DNA of 64,000 nucleotides from Deltaproteobacteria bacterium. Its GTDB lineage: Bacteria > Myxococcota_A > Polyangia > Nannocystales > Nannocystaceae. Below are positions 24,505 through 33,697 of this stretch, in pieces. The first letter of the stretch is position 1. Every line of letters starts with the position of its first letter. Both the position numbers and the translations under genes were made by a program. The notes beneath the pieces are model-generated. The model was not told the DNA's origin. It made no database searches and saw only the letters and a program-made list of their open reading frames with translations. The stretch lies in the NCBI GenBank assembly GCA_016709225.1, contig JADJEE010000012.1:2371630-2435629 (forward strand). Direction: 5' to 3'.

Positions 24505-25722
24505 TCACTCGCTGGCGTAGGGTGCGAAGCGCTGCTCGCTCTTGCGGCCGCGATTGAGCTCCGCGAGCTCGTCGGCGGGATAGGCGTCGGCGCTGCCGGC
24601 CGGGAGATGCTTGCGCACGAACGCGACGATGCTCTCGCGTGCGCGGGTGCCCGCGCCCTTGCGGACCTCGTCGATGCGCGGCACCTCGGCGTCCTCGAAG
24701 CCCGGCAGCGCCACACGCATGCGCTCGTCGCAGTCGTCCCAGCGGTCGAACAGCGTGCGACGCCGCGATCGCGCGTCGCGATCGGGCGCGCCCCACACGT
24801 CGAGGAGATCGCGGTACAGCGCCGCGAGTCGACGATCGATCTGCGCCTCGGCGTGCGCCACGGCGATCGCCAAGCGCAGCTCGAACGTGCGCTCGAGCAG
24901 GAGCTGCTTGTCGCGCGACCACAGCTCGCGCTTTTGTCCCTTGCGCACGAGCGTGTACAGATCGGGGATCTTCAGGCCACCGGGCGCGGCCTTGACGATG
25001 TGATCCTTGAAGCGCACGCGGCCGTCGGGCAGGAGCTTGGCCGTGAAGTGACCGGCGGGCTCGCGGTAGGCGTAGTTGCCTCGACGATCGCGCGCGAAGC
25101 CGGCTTCGGCCAGCGTGCGCGGCTTGCCATCGCTGCGCCGCCGGTCCCCCTCGGGCTCCCCACCGATGCCTTCGTCGGCGCCCGGCGAGGCCCCGAGCGC
25201 CGCCGCGCTCGAGCCCGACAGCCGCGGGCTCGGCAGCGTCACCTTGCCGGCCGTGGCTTGATCCCGCAGACCGCTCAGCGCGAGCGCGTGCGGCGAGGCC
25301 CGCGTGCCGGCGCGATCGGAGGGCGGCGCCGCCTCGGACGGCGCGGGCACGGCCGCCGGTGGACTCGGCTTCGGATCCGTCGGCGCGCCGCGATCAGGAC
25401 GATCACGACGATCAGGACGATCAGGGGATCGCGATCCACGGGGCGTCGTCCCGGTCGCCGCCGCGCTGGGCCCCGGTGTGTCGGCCGTGGGGCGCGGCGC
25501 GGGGGCCTCGGCCTCGGGCGGCGGTGCGGCCGGGCGCGCACCAGCGGGCTGCGACGGATCCCAACGGACCACCTCGATCGGCGCGAAGGACTCCGATCCG
25601 CCCACGAGATCCGGCAGCAGCGGCGGCGCATCGACGCGCGACACCAGCACGAACGCCAGGCCGTGCACCGCGAGCGACACCACCACGAGCACCGTGTGGC
25701 GGACTGGAGACGACGACGCCAT
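24505..25722 (-). CDS. Membrane-anchored protein with proline-rich linker and conserved C-terminal domain of unknown function
   Basis: N-terminal TM helix VLVVVSLAVHGLAFVLV. Pro/Ala-rich segment with a DRPDRRDRPDR repeat. C-terminal domain rich in conserved R/D/W. Confidence 0.6.
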   Translation of the reverse strand: MASSSPVRHTVLVVVSLAVHGLAFVLVSRVDAPPLLPDLVGGSESFAPIEVVRWDPSQPAGARPAAPPPEAEAPAPRPTADTPGPSAAATGTTPRGSRSPDRPDRRDRPDRGAPTDPKPSPPAAVPAPSEAAPPSDRAGTRASPHALALSGLRDQATAGKVTLPSPRLSGSSAAALGASPGADEGIGGEPEGDRRRSDGKPRTLAEAGFARDRRGNYAYREPAGHFTAKLLPDGRVRFKDHIVKAAPGGLKIPDLYTLVRKGQKRELWSRDKQLLLERTFELRLAIAVAHAEAQIDRRLAALYRDLLDVWGAPDRDARSRRRTLFDRWDDCDERMRVALPGFEDAEVPRIDEVRKGAGTRARESIVAFVRKHLPAGSADAYPADELAELNRGRKSEQRFAPYASE

Positions 25723-25803
25723 GGACCGCGCGCGCGAGCATAGCTCGCCGCTGCGGCGGGCGCCGCGACGTCACCTTGCCGGAGCCGAAGGCGCGTCGTC
25801 CGT

Positions 25804-26526
25804 TCACCGCAACAGCTCCGCCAAGCAGCCGTCGATCGCCGCCCACGCACGGGCCGCGGCGATGGGATGGAACGCGAGTCCGTGTTCGGGCGCGGCCGCC
25901 TTCGCGAACGTGAAGGCGTGCATGGCATGCCCGTACGCACGCAGCTCCCAGTCAGCCCCGGCGGCGGTCAGCTCGGCCGTGATCGCGAGCACGTCGGCGG
26001 GTGGTGCGACGGGATCCTCCCAGCCGTGCAACAGCAGCACCCGCGCATCGATCGGCCGCTGCTCCCCGAGCGACGGCGGCGCGAGGGCCCCGTGCACGCT
26101 GATGACACCGCGCAGGCCCGCCGGCTGCGCGCGGACCAGGTCGAGCACGCACAGACCACCGAAGCAGAAGCCCAGCGCGGCGCAGCGCGAGCCATCGATC
26201 GCGGGATGGCGGCGCGCGGCGTCCAACGCCCCGAGCAGGCGCGCGCGCAGCAACCCGCGATCGGCGAGCAGCGGGTTCATCAACGCGTGGTTGTCGCCCA
26301 GCGGGTCGCCGCGCACGCCCTCGCCGTAGACGTCGAACGCAAACACGGCGTGGCCGCCACCCGCGAGGCGATCCGCGATCTCGCGGATGCCGTCGTGCAG
26401 TCCGCTCCAGTCGTGGGCCAGCAACACGGCGGGTCGCGGCGGGCCCTCGGGCCACGCGACGTAGGCCTCGAAGCGCCCGTGGTCGATGCGATGTCGATGG
26501 GTCTCGCGGTGGATCGCCGGGGACAT
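25804..26526 (-). CDS. Dienelactone hydrolase-family protein
   Basis: …AVLLAHDWSGLHDGIREIADRLAGGGHAVFAFDVYG…GFCFGG… (G-x-C-x-G nucleophile elbow typical of DLH) …LLLHGWEDPVAP…YGHAMHAF. Confidence 0.8.
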   Translation of the reverse strand: MSPAIHRETHRHRIDHGRFEAYVAWPEGPPRPAVLLAHDWSGLHDGIREIADRLAGGGHAVFAFDVYGEGVRGDPLGDNHALMNPLLADRGLLRARLLGALDAARRHPAIDGSRCAALGFCFGGLCVLDLVRAQPAGLRGVISVHGALAPPSLGEQRPIDARVLLLHGWEDPVAPPADVLAITAELTAAGADWELRAYGHAMHAFTFAKAAAPEHGLAFHPIAAARAWAAIDGCLAELLR

Positions 26527-26601
26527 GTGCGCCCCAGCTGAGCACGGCACGCGCGCCGACGATTGAACGAATCGGACGCCCGCGACGGCCGGTGGCCGGC
26601 G

Positions 26602-27432
26602 CTACAGATAGAATGCCACCGGCGCATCGAGACCGAGCGTGTCCTGCACGAGCACGGATCGCCCGGCGCGTCGGTAGGCCCCCGGCGTGGTCGCGAGGCG
26701 TCGACGCCAGCTGCGGATCTGGTGCGCTTGATCGCTGTAGCCGTCGAGCGACTCACCACGCCCGTGCTGCACCGCGAGCACGCTCGCGTGCAGCCGCTCG
26801 AGATCCATCAGCGCCTTGGGTGCGACGCCGAGGTGACGGCGCAGCCATCGGTCGAGCTGGCGCACGTGCGTGTCGGCGGCCGCAGCCGCGTCGGTGACCT
26901 TGGCCCCCGCGCGCAGGCACGCATGCGCCCTGGTGATCGCCGCGAGCTCCGGTGGTGCCGCGACGCGCTGGGCGAGCGCGAAGAACCACGCGTCGAGGGT
27001 CGCAGCGCGCTCGGCTTGGCTGCCGGCGGCCAACATCGACCCGCGCAGCCGCGCGGCCGCAGCGTCGCCGATCACCGCGCCGAGATCGAGCAACGCGGCG
27101 GCCGACGCACCGCTGTGCGGCAACAAGCGCGCGAGCCCGACCGGCGTCAGCATCACCATCACGAAGTCGGTGCATTCGGACGGCCACCAGCACCGCGCGC
27201 GCGACTGCAGCCCGAGCAGCGAGGTCGTCGGCACCGGGCGGCCGCACTCGTCGGCGTTCGGACGCCCGAGATCGATCGACAGCACCGCAAAGGGTACCGG
27301 CCCGGTTCGCACCGGACGCCCTCGGTGCGCCCCCTCGAGGTCGCGCACGAACCAGTAGCCGGCGATCCACCCGCGCAGCGGTCCCGCCGGCGCGACGATC
27401 GACAGCGGCGTCGGCGGTGTGCGCAGATCCAT
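26602..27432 (-). CDS. AraC-family transcriptional regulator
   Basis: Starts at M203 of track ORF 26602..28038 (MDLRTPP…). C-terminal HTH_18-like …THVRQLDRWLRRHLGVAPKALMDLERLHASVLAVQHGRGESLDGYSDQAHQIRSWRRRLATTPGAYRR. Confidence 0.7.
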   Translation of the reverse strand: MDLRTPPTPLSIVAPAGPLRGWIAGYWFVRDLEGAHRGRPVRTGPVPFAVLSIDLGRPNADECGRPVPTTSLLGLQSRARCWWPSECTDFVMVMLTPVGLARLLPHSGASAAALLDLGAVIGDAAAARLRGSMLAAGSQAERAATLDAWFFALAQRVAAPPELAAITRAHACLRAGAKVTDAAAAADTHVRQLDRWLRRHLGVAPKALMDLERLHASVLAVQHGRGESLDGYSDQAHQIRSWRRRLATTPGAYRRAGRSVLVQDTLGLDAPVAFYL

Positions 27433-27670
27433 CGCGTCGCGATCGTAGCCCGTGCCGGCATCGATCGTCGCGGGGCAACACGCGCACGTCCGCGCGCCTT
27501 GCTCGGCGGTCCAGCGCCACGGTTCCTTGCGTCGGCCGGGCCGACGCGCGCGCAGATCGTTCTCCTCGGCCCCATGGCCGGCGTCGCTATCTTCGAGCGA
27601 CACCGAGCACGCGATCGCTCGCTGCCCTGCGCGCGATCGCCATGTTCCCCGCCCGAGGAGCACAGACGTG

Positions 27671-28780
27671 ATGCACCCCCAAACCTCCCCGACCTTCGAT
27701 CGCACCGTGATGCGTGCCGTCCTCACGGTGACGCTGTCGACCACGGCCGCCTGCTTCAACCCGGGGGCGAAAAGCTCCTCGGACACCGGCACGGAGGGCT
27801 CGTCGAGCGGCACGTCGACCACCGACGGCAGCAGCTCCGGATCGAGCGCGACCGACACGAGCACCACGCACGATGGCAGCAGCAGCGGCGCGGCGGATAG
27901 CAGCAGCGGTGGCGACGACACGTCGAGCTCGAGCACGACGGCGCAGACGGACTCCGGCTCGTCGAGCAGCGGCGAGCCGGTCGCGGTCTGTGGCGATGGT
28001 GTGCTCGACCGCGCGACCGAGCAGTGCGACGATGCCAACGACGTCGCCGGCGATCTCTGCGACGCCGCCTGTCACTTCGAGAGCCTCACGTTCTCGTTCA
28101 CCGGCGCGAGCGAGAGCTTCGAGGTCCCCGCGTGGGTCGACGAGCTGCGCATCGAGGCCTGGGGCGCGCAGGGCGGTGGCGCACGCTGTTGCGACGACAC
28201 GCACCAAGACGACGGCGGGCTCGGTGGCTACGTGGCCGCAACCTTGCCGTCCCTCGCCGGCGAGACGCTGACGATCGCGGTCGGCGGGCAGGGCACCTCC
28301 GAGGGCGCCGGTGGCTTCAACGGCGGCGGCAACGGTGGCCTGTACGCAGCCGGCGGTGGCGGTGCTTCGGATGTCCGCATCGGCGACGATCTGATCGCGC
28401 GCCTCGCCGTCGCGGCCGGGGGCGGCGGGGGCAACTGCGGCTGTCCGGACCACGGAGCCGGCGGCGCGGGCGGTGGCCTCGACGGCGACCCCGGCCTGAG
28501 CTACGGCGGGTACACGGCGGCAACCGGCGGCACACAGAGCGCAGGCGGTAGCCCCGGTGATGTCGCGACGGCGGGGGATCTCGGCGTCGGCGGTGGTCCG
28601 TTGATGGACTCGTATCACATCGCCGGCGGCGGCGGCGGTTACTACGGCGGCGGTGCGGCCTACGCCGCCGGTGGCGGTGGCGGTTCGTCGTACTACGGCG
28701 CCGCCCTCGATGCCTCGACCACCGCGGGCCTGCGCGCGGGCGATGGCGAGCTCGTGATCACGCCGCTGTCGGCGTTGTGA
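27671..28780 (+). CDS. Glycine-rich secreted lipoprotein with Myxococcus cysteine-rich repeat
   Basis: Starts at M74 of the track ORF (MHPQTSPTFDRTVMRAVLTVTLSTTAAC). S/T/G linker. CGDGVLDRATEQCDDANDVAGDLCDAAC matches the Myxococcus Cys-rich repeat. Long GGxGG/GGGGY glycine-rich domain follows. Confidence 0.75.
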   Translation: MHPQTSPTFDRTVMRAVLTVTLSTTAACFNPGAKSSSDTGTEGSSSGTSTTDGSSSGSSATDTSTTHDGSSSGAADSSSGGDDTSSSSTTAQTDSGSSSSGEPVAVCGDGVLDRATEQCDDANDVAGDLCDAACHFESLTFSFTGASESFEVPAWVDELRIEAWGAQGGGARCCDDTHQDDGGLGGYVAATLPSLAGETLTIAVGGQGTSEGAGGFNGGGNGGLYAAGGGGASDVRIGDDLIARLAVAAGGGGGNCGCPDHGAGGAGGGLDGDPGLSYGGYTAATGGTQSAGGSPGDVATAGDLGVGGGPLMDSYHIAGGGGGYYGGGAAYAAGGGGGSSYYGAALDASTTAGLRAGDGELVITPLSAL

Positions 28781-28910
28781 TCGCGGGCGCTGACGCCACG
28801 TTGGGCGGTGGCCGCACGGGCGCGTGCCCGCGCGCATGCGTGGGTCGCCGCGTCGTCGCGCGGCACCGCGGTTGCACTCGCGGCCCACCTTGCCGAAGCT
28901 GCACCCGCCG

Positions 28911-31298
28911 ATGCCCGCGACCGCGACGCCCCCGCGCACCCCATGGGTCCGACGCTTCGTCCTGGCGATGCTGCTGTGCTCGTGCGTCGCGCAGCGCGAG
29001 CGTCAGCTCGAACGGCGCTTCGGCGCGCTCGCGGTGCGCGATCGCAGCATCGATCACGTCGACGCGGGCGCCATCGACTACACCACGCAGGTGCGCCCGA
29101 TCCTCGAGGCGCGCTGCGTGGTCTGCCACGCCTGCTTCGACGCACCGTGCCAGCTCGATCTCGGCTCGCCCGAGGGCATCGATCGTGGCATCAGCAAGCA
29201 GCGCGTCTACGAGGCCACACGCCTGCTGAACATCGACCCCACGCGGCTGTTCGAGGACGAGCAGAGCACGACGGCGTGGCGCGAGAAGCACGACTTCCGC
29301 CCGGTGCTCAACGAGCACGACCAGAGCGAGAAGGCCAATCGCGAGGCCAGCGTGTTGTTCCGCGCGCTCGAGCTCAAGCGCAAGCATCCGCTGCGCGCGG
29401 GCGCGACGCTGTCCGACGACATCGACCTCGACCTGCACCGCGATCAGCAGTGCCCGACCGAAGCCGAGTACAGCCACTTCGCGCAGAAGCATCCCCAGTG
29501 GGGCATGCCGTTCGCGCTGCCGGGCCTCGATGATCGCGAGCACGAGATCGTCACGCGGTGGATCGCCGAAGGTGCCCGCAGCACGCCCACACCCCCGCTT
29601 CCCGCGTCGCTGCAGCAGCAGGTCGAGCGCTGGGAGGCGTTCTTCAACGCCGACGACGCCAAGACGCGTCTGACCAGCCGCTATCTCTACGAGCACCTTT
29701 TCCTCGCCCACCTCTACTTCGGCGAGCCACAGGGTGCGCCGCAGTTCTTCGAGCTGGTGCGCTCCAAGACCCCGCCCGGTCAGCCCATCGAGCGCATCTC
29801 GACGCGGCGGCCCTACGACGATCCCGGCGTCGCGCGTCCATTCTACCGCCTGTGGCCCGTGCACGAGTCGATCATCTCGAAGCTGCACCTGCCCTACCGC
29901 CTCGACGAGGCGCGACGCGAGCGCTGGACCAAGTGGTTCATCGACGCCGACTACACGCTCGACGCGGTGCCCGACTACCGCAACGGCGCCAACCCCTTCG
30001 CGACCTTCGCTGCGATCCCGGCGCGCTCGCGCTATCGCTTCCTGCTCGACGAGGCCGAGTTCACGATCATGGGCTTCATCAAGGGCCCGGTGTGTCGTGG
30101 GCCGGGCGCGATCAATGTCATCGAGGAGCAGTTCTGGGTCTACTTCGTCGACCCCGAGCTCGACACCCAGCTGAACGACGCCGGGTTCCTGGCGCGCAAC
30201 GCCAGCGCGCTCGCGTTGCCGGCCGAGGCGGGCTCGAATGCGCGGCCGCTGGCGACCTGGCTGCACCAGAGCAAGGACGAGGAGCGCTGGGCCAAGGCCC
30301 GTCAGCGCGCGTTGCGAGAGGACTTCGCCGAGCGTCGCGCGGACCTCGGGATGTTGTGGGACGGCGACGGTGACAACGCCAACGCGGTGCTCACGGTGTT
30401 CCGCCACTTCGACAGCGCAGCGGTGGTCAAAGGGATGGTTGGTGACGCCCCCAAGACCGCGTGGGTGATCGACTACCCCGTCTTCGAGCGCATCCACTAC
30501 CTGCTCGTGGCCGGCTTCGACGTCTACGGCAACGTCGGGCATCAGCTCGCCACGCGCACGTACATGGACTTCTTGCGCATGGAGAGCGAGATCAACTTCC
30601 TGCAGCTCCTGCCACCGAGGGCGCGCAGCAGCGAGCGGGCGTACTGGTACCGCGACACCCACGAGCGTCCGTACCGCGAGCTCGTCGATCGCTTGATGAA
30701 GACCGACATCACGACCGGCATCGAGTACGCGACCGATCGACCCAAGCAGGAGCTCTACGCCGCGCTCGCCCGCCACTTCGAGAAGCTCCTCGAACGCCGC
30801 TACGATCTCGACGAGGCACCCGACGACATCGCGACCCCACTGGCCGAGCTAGGCCAGCTCCACGGCGCGCGACTCCAGCACGCCGTGCAGGCAGCGCTGT
30901 TGCTGATCCCCGACGCACCCGCGGGCTCGCAGATCATCAGCATCATCCGCAACGACGGCCACACCAACATCGCGTCACCGTTCTTCGAGGAGAACCGACG
31001 CGTGCCGGCCGAGGACACCCTCACGATCGCCCGCGGCTTCGTCGGTACCTACCCGAACGCGTTCTGGGAGGTCGAGCGCGCGCGACTCGGCGAGTTCGTG
31101 CGGCGCTTCGCGGCGGTCGACGGCGAGGCCGACTACGCGGCCCTGCAACACGACTTCGGCAAGCGTCGCACCGACCCCGACTTCTGGCAGACCAGCGATC
31201 GCGTCGCGGAGATCTACCGCAACGACTCGCCGATCGAGTTCGGCCTGCTCGACCTCGCCCGCTACGAGCGCCCCGCGAAGCTGTCGCGGGGCCGCTAG
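28911..31298 (+). CDS. cti: Fatty acid cis/trans isomerase (Cti family), periplasmic haem-c enzyme
   Basis: Starts at M30 of the track ORF (signal MPATATPPRTPWVRRFVLAMLLCSCVA). CVVCHACFDAPCQLDL haem-binding CxxCH near the N-terminus plus extensive similarity in pattern to the Cti family (~790 aa). Confidence 0.8.
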   Translation: MPATATPPRTPWVRRFVLAMLLCSCVAQRERQLERRFGALAVRDRSIDHVDAGAIDYTTQVRPILEARCVVCHACFDAPCQLDLGSPEGIDRGISKQRVYEATRLLNIDPTRLFEDEQSTTAWREKHDFRPVLNEHDQSEKANREASVLFRALELKRKHPLRAGATLSDDIDLDLHRDQQCPTEAEYSHFAQKHPQWGMPFALPGLDDREHEIVTRWIAEGARSTPTPPLPASLQQQVERWEAFFNADDAKTRLTSRYLYEHLFLAHLYFGEPQGAPQFFELVRSKTPPGQPIERISTRRPYDDPGVARPFYRLWPVHESIISKLHLPYRLDEARRERWTKWFIDADYTLDAVPDYRNGANPFATFAAIPARSRYRFLLDEAEFTIMGFIKGPVCRGPGAINVIEEQFWVYFVDPELDTQLNDAGFLARNASALALPAEAGSNARPLATWLHQSKDEERWAKARQRALREDFAERRADLGMLWDGDGDNANAVLTVFRHFDSAAVVKGMVGDAPKTAWVIDYPVFERIHYLLVAGFDVYGNVGHQLATRTYMDFLRMESEINFLQLLPPRARSSERAYWYRDTHERPYRELVDRLMKTDITTGIEYATDRPKQELYAALARHFEKLLERRYDLDEAPDDIATPLAELGQLHGARLQHAVQAALLLIPDAPAGSQIISIIRNDGHTNIASPFFEENRRVPAEDTLTIARGFVGTYPNAFWEVERARLGEFVRRFAAVDGEADYAALQHDFGKRRTDPDFWQTSDRVAEIYRNDSPIEFGLLDLARYERPAKLSRGR

Positions 31299-31350
31299 CG
31301 GAGCTCGGACGCCACCTCGGTTCACGAAGTGGCCCGCGCTCGGGCGACGG

Positions 31351-31770
31351 TCAGCAGGCGATGTGCCGGCAGTTCCAGGTCTTGCAGACCCAGCCAGCCG
31401 AGGTCTCCTTGCACGATGCGTCGCAGATCGTGCACGTGCCGTGGTCCTCCGGCGGAAGCTCCTGGGGGTCGAGCGTCGCCTGCAAGTCGCTCGCGCCCAC
31501 GTTCGGGTTGTCACGCGAAGGCGAGCTGTCGAGCTCGACCGCGAAGTCTCCCTCTTCGGTGCGCAGCGTGCCCGAGGCTCGGTCGGCGCCCAGCCACAGC
31601 TCGCCGTCGACGAACTCGTCGAACGTCGTGACGATCGAGAGTCGGGTGGGCGCGTCGTCGCCGTCGTCGACGAGCTCGTCAGCGTCGCGGTCGAAGGTCG
31701 GCGCCTGCTCGGCGTCGCACGCAGCCGCCAGCACGGTCGTGATTGCAAGGATGGTCATCAGGGCTTTCAT
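31351..31770 (-). CDS. Small secreted protein with acidic core and Cys-rich C-terminal knot (6 Cys in last 30 aa)
   Basis: MKALMTILAITTVLAAAC (signal/lipobox) …HGTCTICDASCKETSAGWVCKTWNCRHIAC. Convergent with cti. Confidence 0.6.
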   Translation of the reverse strand: MKALMTILAITTVLAAACDAEQAPTFDRDADELVDDGDDAPTRLSIVTTFDEFVDGELWLGADRASGTLRTEEGDFAVELDSSPSRDNPNVGASDLQATLDPQELPPEDHGTCTICDASCKETSAGWVCKTWNCRHIAC

Positions 31771-31949
31771 CGCTCAGCTCCTCTTCGGTGCATCGCGGCA
31801 CCGATCGCGAGCCATGAGTGGATGCGGCCCTTGGCTTCCGTCACCGGCCGGATGGCGCGAGCCTCCGTCGTGATCACGGACACGCTCCGGTGAGCGCGCG
31901 CGCGGCCCAGGCGGTGGCTCGTCACGACGCCCGAGCCGTGCGACCGGCG

Positions 31950-32183
31950 TCACGCGATCGCGGCGCGCGGGCTGGACGGCATCACCGCGAGGAGGATCAA
32001 GTACAGCAGCACGCCCTTGCCGAACAGCAGCGCAAGGGCCACGAAGCCGAGGCGGAACAACACCGGGTCGGCACCGAAGCGCTCCGCGAGGCCGGCGCAG
32101 ACGCCAAAGAGCACGCGATTGTCACGCGAACGAACGAGCGGGCGGGTCACGAAGGGGTTCAATCCAGGGTGCGGCGTCGCCAT
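31950..32183 (-). CDS. PspC-domain small membrane protein
   Basis: Last 77 codons of track ORF 31950..32606: …LVRSRDNRVLFGVCAGLAERFGADPVLFRLGFVALALLFGKGVLLYLILLAVMP, the PspC signature. The upstream ORF part is R-rich junk. Confidence 0.6.
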   Translation of the reverse strand: MATPHPGLNPFVTRPLVRSRDNRVLFGVCAGLAERFGADPVLFRLGFVALALLFGKGVLLYLILLAVMPSSPRAAIA

Positions 32184-32236
32184 TCCCTCGCCCCCACGCG
32201 GGTGTGACGGCGATCGCCGACGGCACGTGCCACGCT

Positions 32237-33508
32237 TCAGCTGAGGTCGGCGAGGTCGGCCATTGCCTTGGCGACCTGCGGCCGCACCTCGGGCGGGAAG
32301 ATCGCCCGGTAGTGGACGAAGGTCTCGCGCGATAGACCGCGTAGTACCGGCGACGCGTCGAGCAGCCGTTCGAGCCGGCCACCGCTGCGGACCATGAGGG
32401 TGGCGTCCTCGATGTACGCATCGATCTCGACGCGATCGATGCTCGCCTGATCGCCGTCGATGGCGGCGCTGCGCATGACCTCGGCGAGGCGCTCGCGGGC
32501 CTGCTCGACGGCGACGTCCTTGCGCAGGCGCAGCGTCTTGAACAGCCGTCGCTCGCGCAGCCGCGTGGCCAGCTCGGCGAGCTGACGATCGTCCGAGTCG
32601 CTCCACGCCCGTAGCCCCGACTCGAGCGCGTGATCGTCGAGATCGAGATAGCCCGCGACGTCGATCGGCTGACCCGCCAGCAGCGCGGCCAGCGGGGCCG
32701 GCGTGCCGCGCTGCGGGCCGAGCCGCGCGAGCCGACGAAACAACGACCGCAGCACCGCCTCGGCGGCGCGCACCGCCTTGTGCAGGTAGACCTGGCGATA
32801 CATGTACAGCCGCGCGAGGAAGAAGCCTTCGACCGCGGTGAGGCCCTTTTCGCCGTCGACCGTGAGGGTGACCGCGCTCGCGCCGGGAGCGTGATCGAGG
32901 CGCAGCGAGCCCAGCAGCCAGTCGAGATCGAGCAGGCCGTAGCGCACGCCGGTCATGTGCGAGTCGCGGAGCAGGTAGTCGCAGCGATCGACATCGAAGG
33001 TGCCCGACACGGCGCGCGCGAGGTGGCCGATCGGATGCTCGCCGTGGATCAACCGCTCGACCTTGGCGGGCATCGTGGGATCGATGCTGCGCAGCACCGC
33101 GTTCACCTCGGAGCCGCGATCGAGCAGGATGCGCGAGGTCCAGTCCTCGTGGGCCAGCGCGCCCGGGACCACCGCCTCGAAGGTGTGGCTGTAGGGTCCG
33201 TGACCGAGGTCGTGCAGCAGCGCCGCCGCGAGTGCGACGCGCGCGTCGTCCGGCTCGATGCGCTCGCGCTGCGGGATGTCGCTCGACAGCCTTGCGACCC
33301 GCTGGAGGTAGCGCTTCATGACGTGCGCCGAGCCGATCGCGTGGGCGAAGCGCGAGTGCTCCGCACCCGGGAACGCCAGCGAGGCCGCACCGAGGCTGCG
33401 GATCCTGCGGAGGCGTTGCACCTCGCGGGTGTCGAGCAGTCGCACCACCACCGACTCGACCTCGCCATCGAACGCGATGAGGCCGTGGACCGGATCGCGC
33501 AGGATCAT
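32237..33508 (-). CDS. HD-domain phosphohydrolase (COG1078-like, dNTP triphosphohydrolase-type)
   Basis: Starts at M44 of the track ORF (MILRDPVHGLIAFDG…). HSRFAHAIGSAHV and LLHDLGHGPYSH HD-motif blocks. Pattern typical of COG1078 over 424 aa. Confidence 0.85.
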   Translation of the reverse strand: MILRDPVHGLIAFDGEVESVVVRLLDTREVQRLRRIRSLGAASLAFPGAEHSRFAHAIGSAHVMKRYLQRVARLSSDIPQRERIEPDDARVALAAALLHDLGHGPYSHTFEAVVPGALAHEDWTSRILLDRGSEVNAVLRSIDPTMPAKVERLIHGEHPIGHLARAVSGTFDVDRCDYLLRDSHMTGVRYGLLDLDWLLGSLRLDHAPGASAVTLTVDGEKGLTAVEGFFLARLYMYRQVYLHKAVRAAEAVLRSLFRRLARLGPQRGTPAPLAALLAGQPIDVAGYLDLDDHALESGLRAWSDSDDRQLAELATRLRERRLFKTLRLRKDVAVEQARERLAEVMRSAAIDGDQASIDRVEIDAYIEDATLMVRSGGRLERLLDASPVLRGLSRETFVHYRAIFPPEVRPQVAKAMADLADLS

Positions 33509-33697
33509 CACTGCATCACTACCTGGTTTGTTCGCTTTGGACCATGCCGGTGTCGGGCCCCGACGCCCGACTGGGGTTCCAGTGCGCGCTGGCTCGGGAC
33601 ACACGAAGGTGTGCGCATGGGCGCCGTCGTGCCGCAATCAGGCCCGCATCGGCCGCTTCGCGCTGGGGCTGCCGTGCTATGCTGCCGCGAGCTGAAG

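Noticed and set aside
32630-33697. First 356 codons of the 1577-aa plus-strand ORF
   Set aside because: Antisense to the HD-domain gene and low complexity. The real gene starts at the zinc-ribbon Met at 33698.
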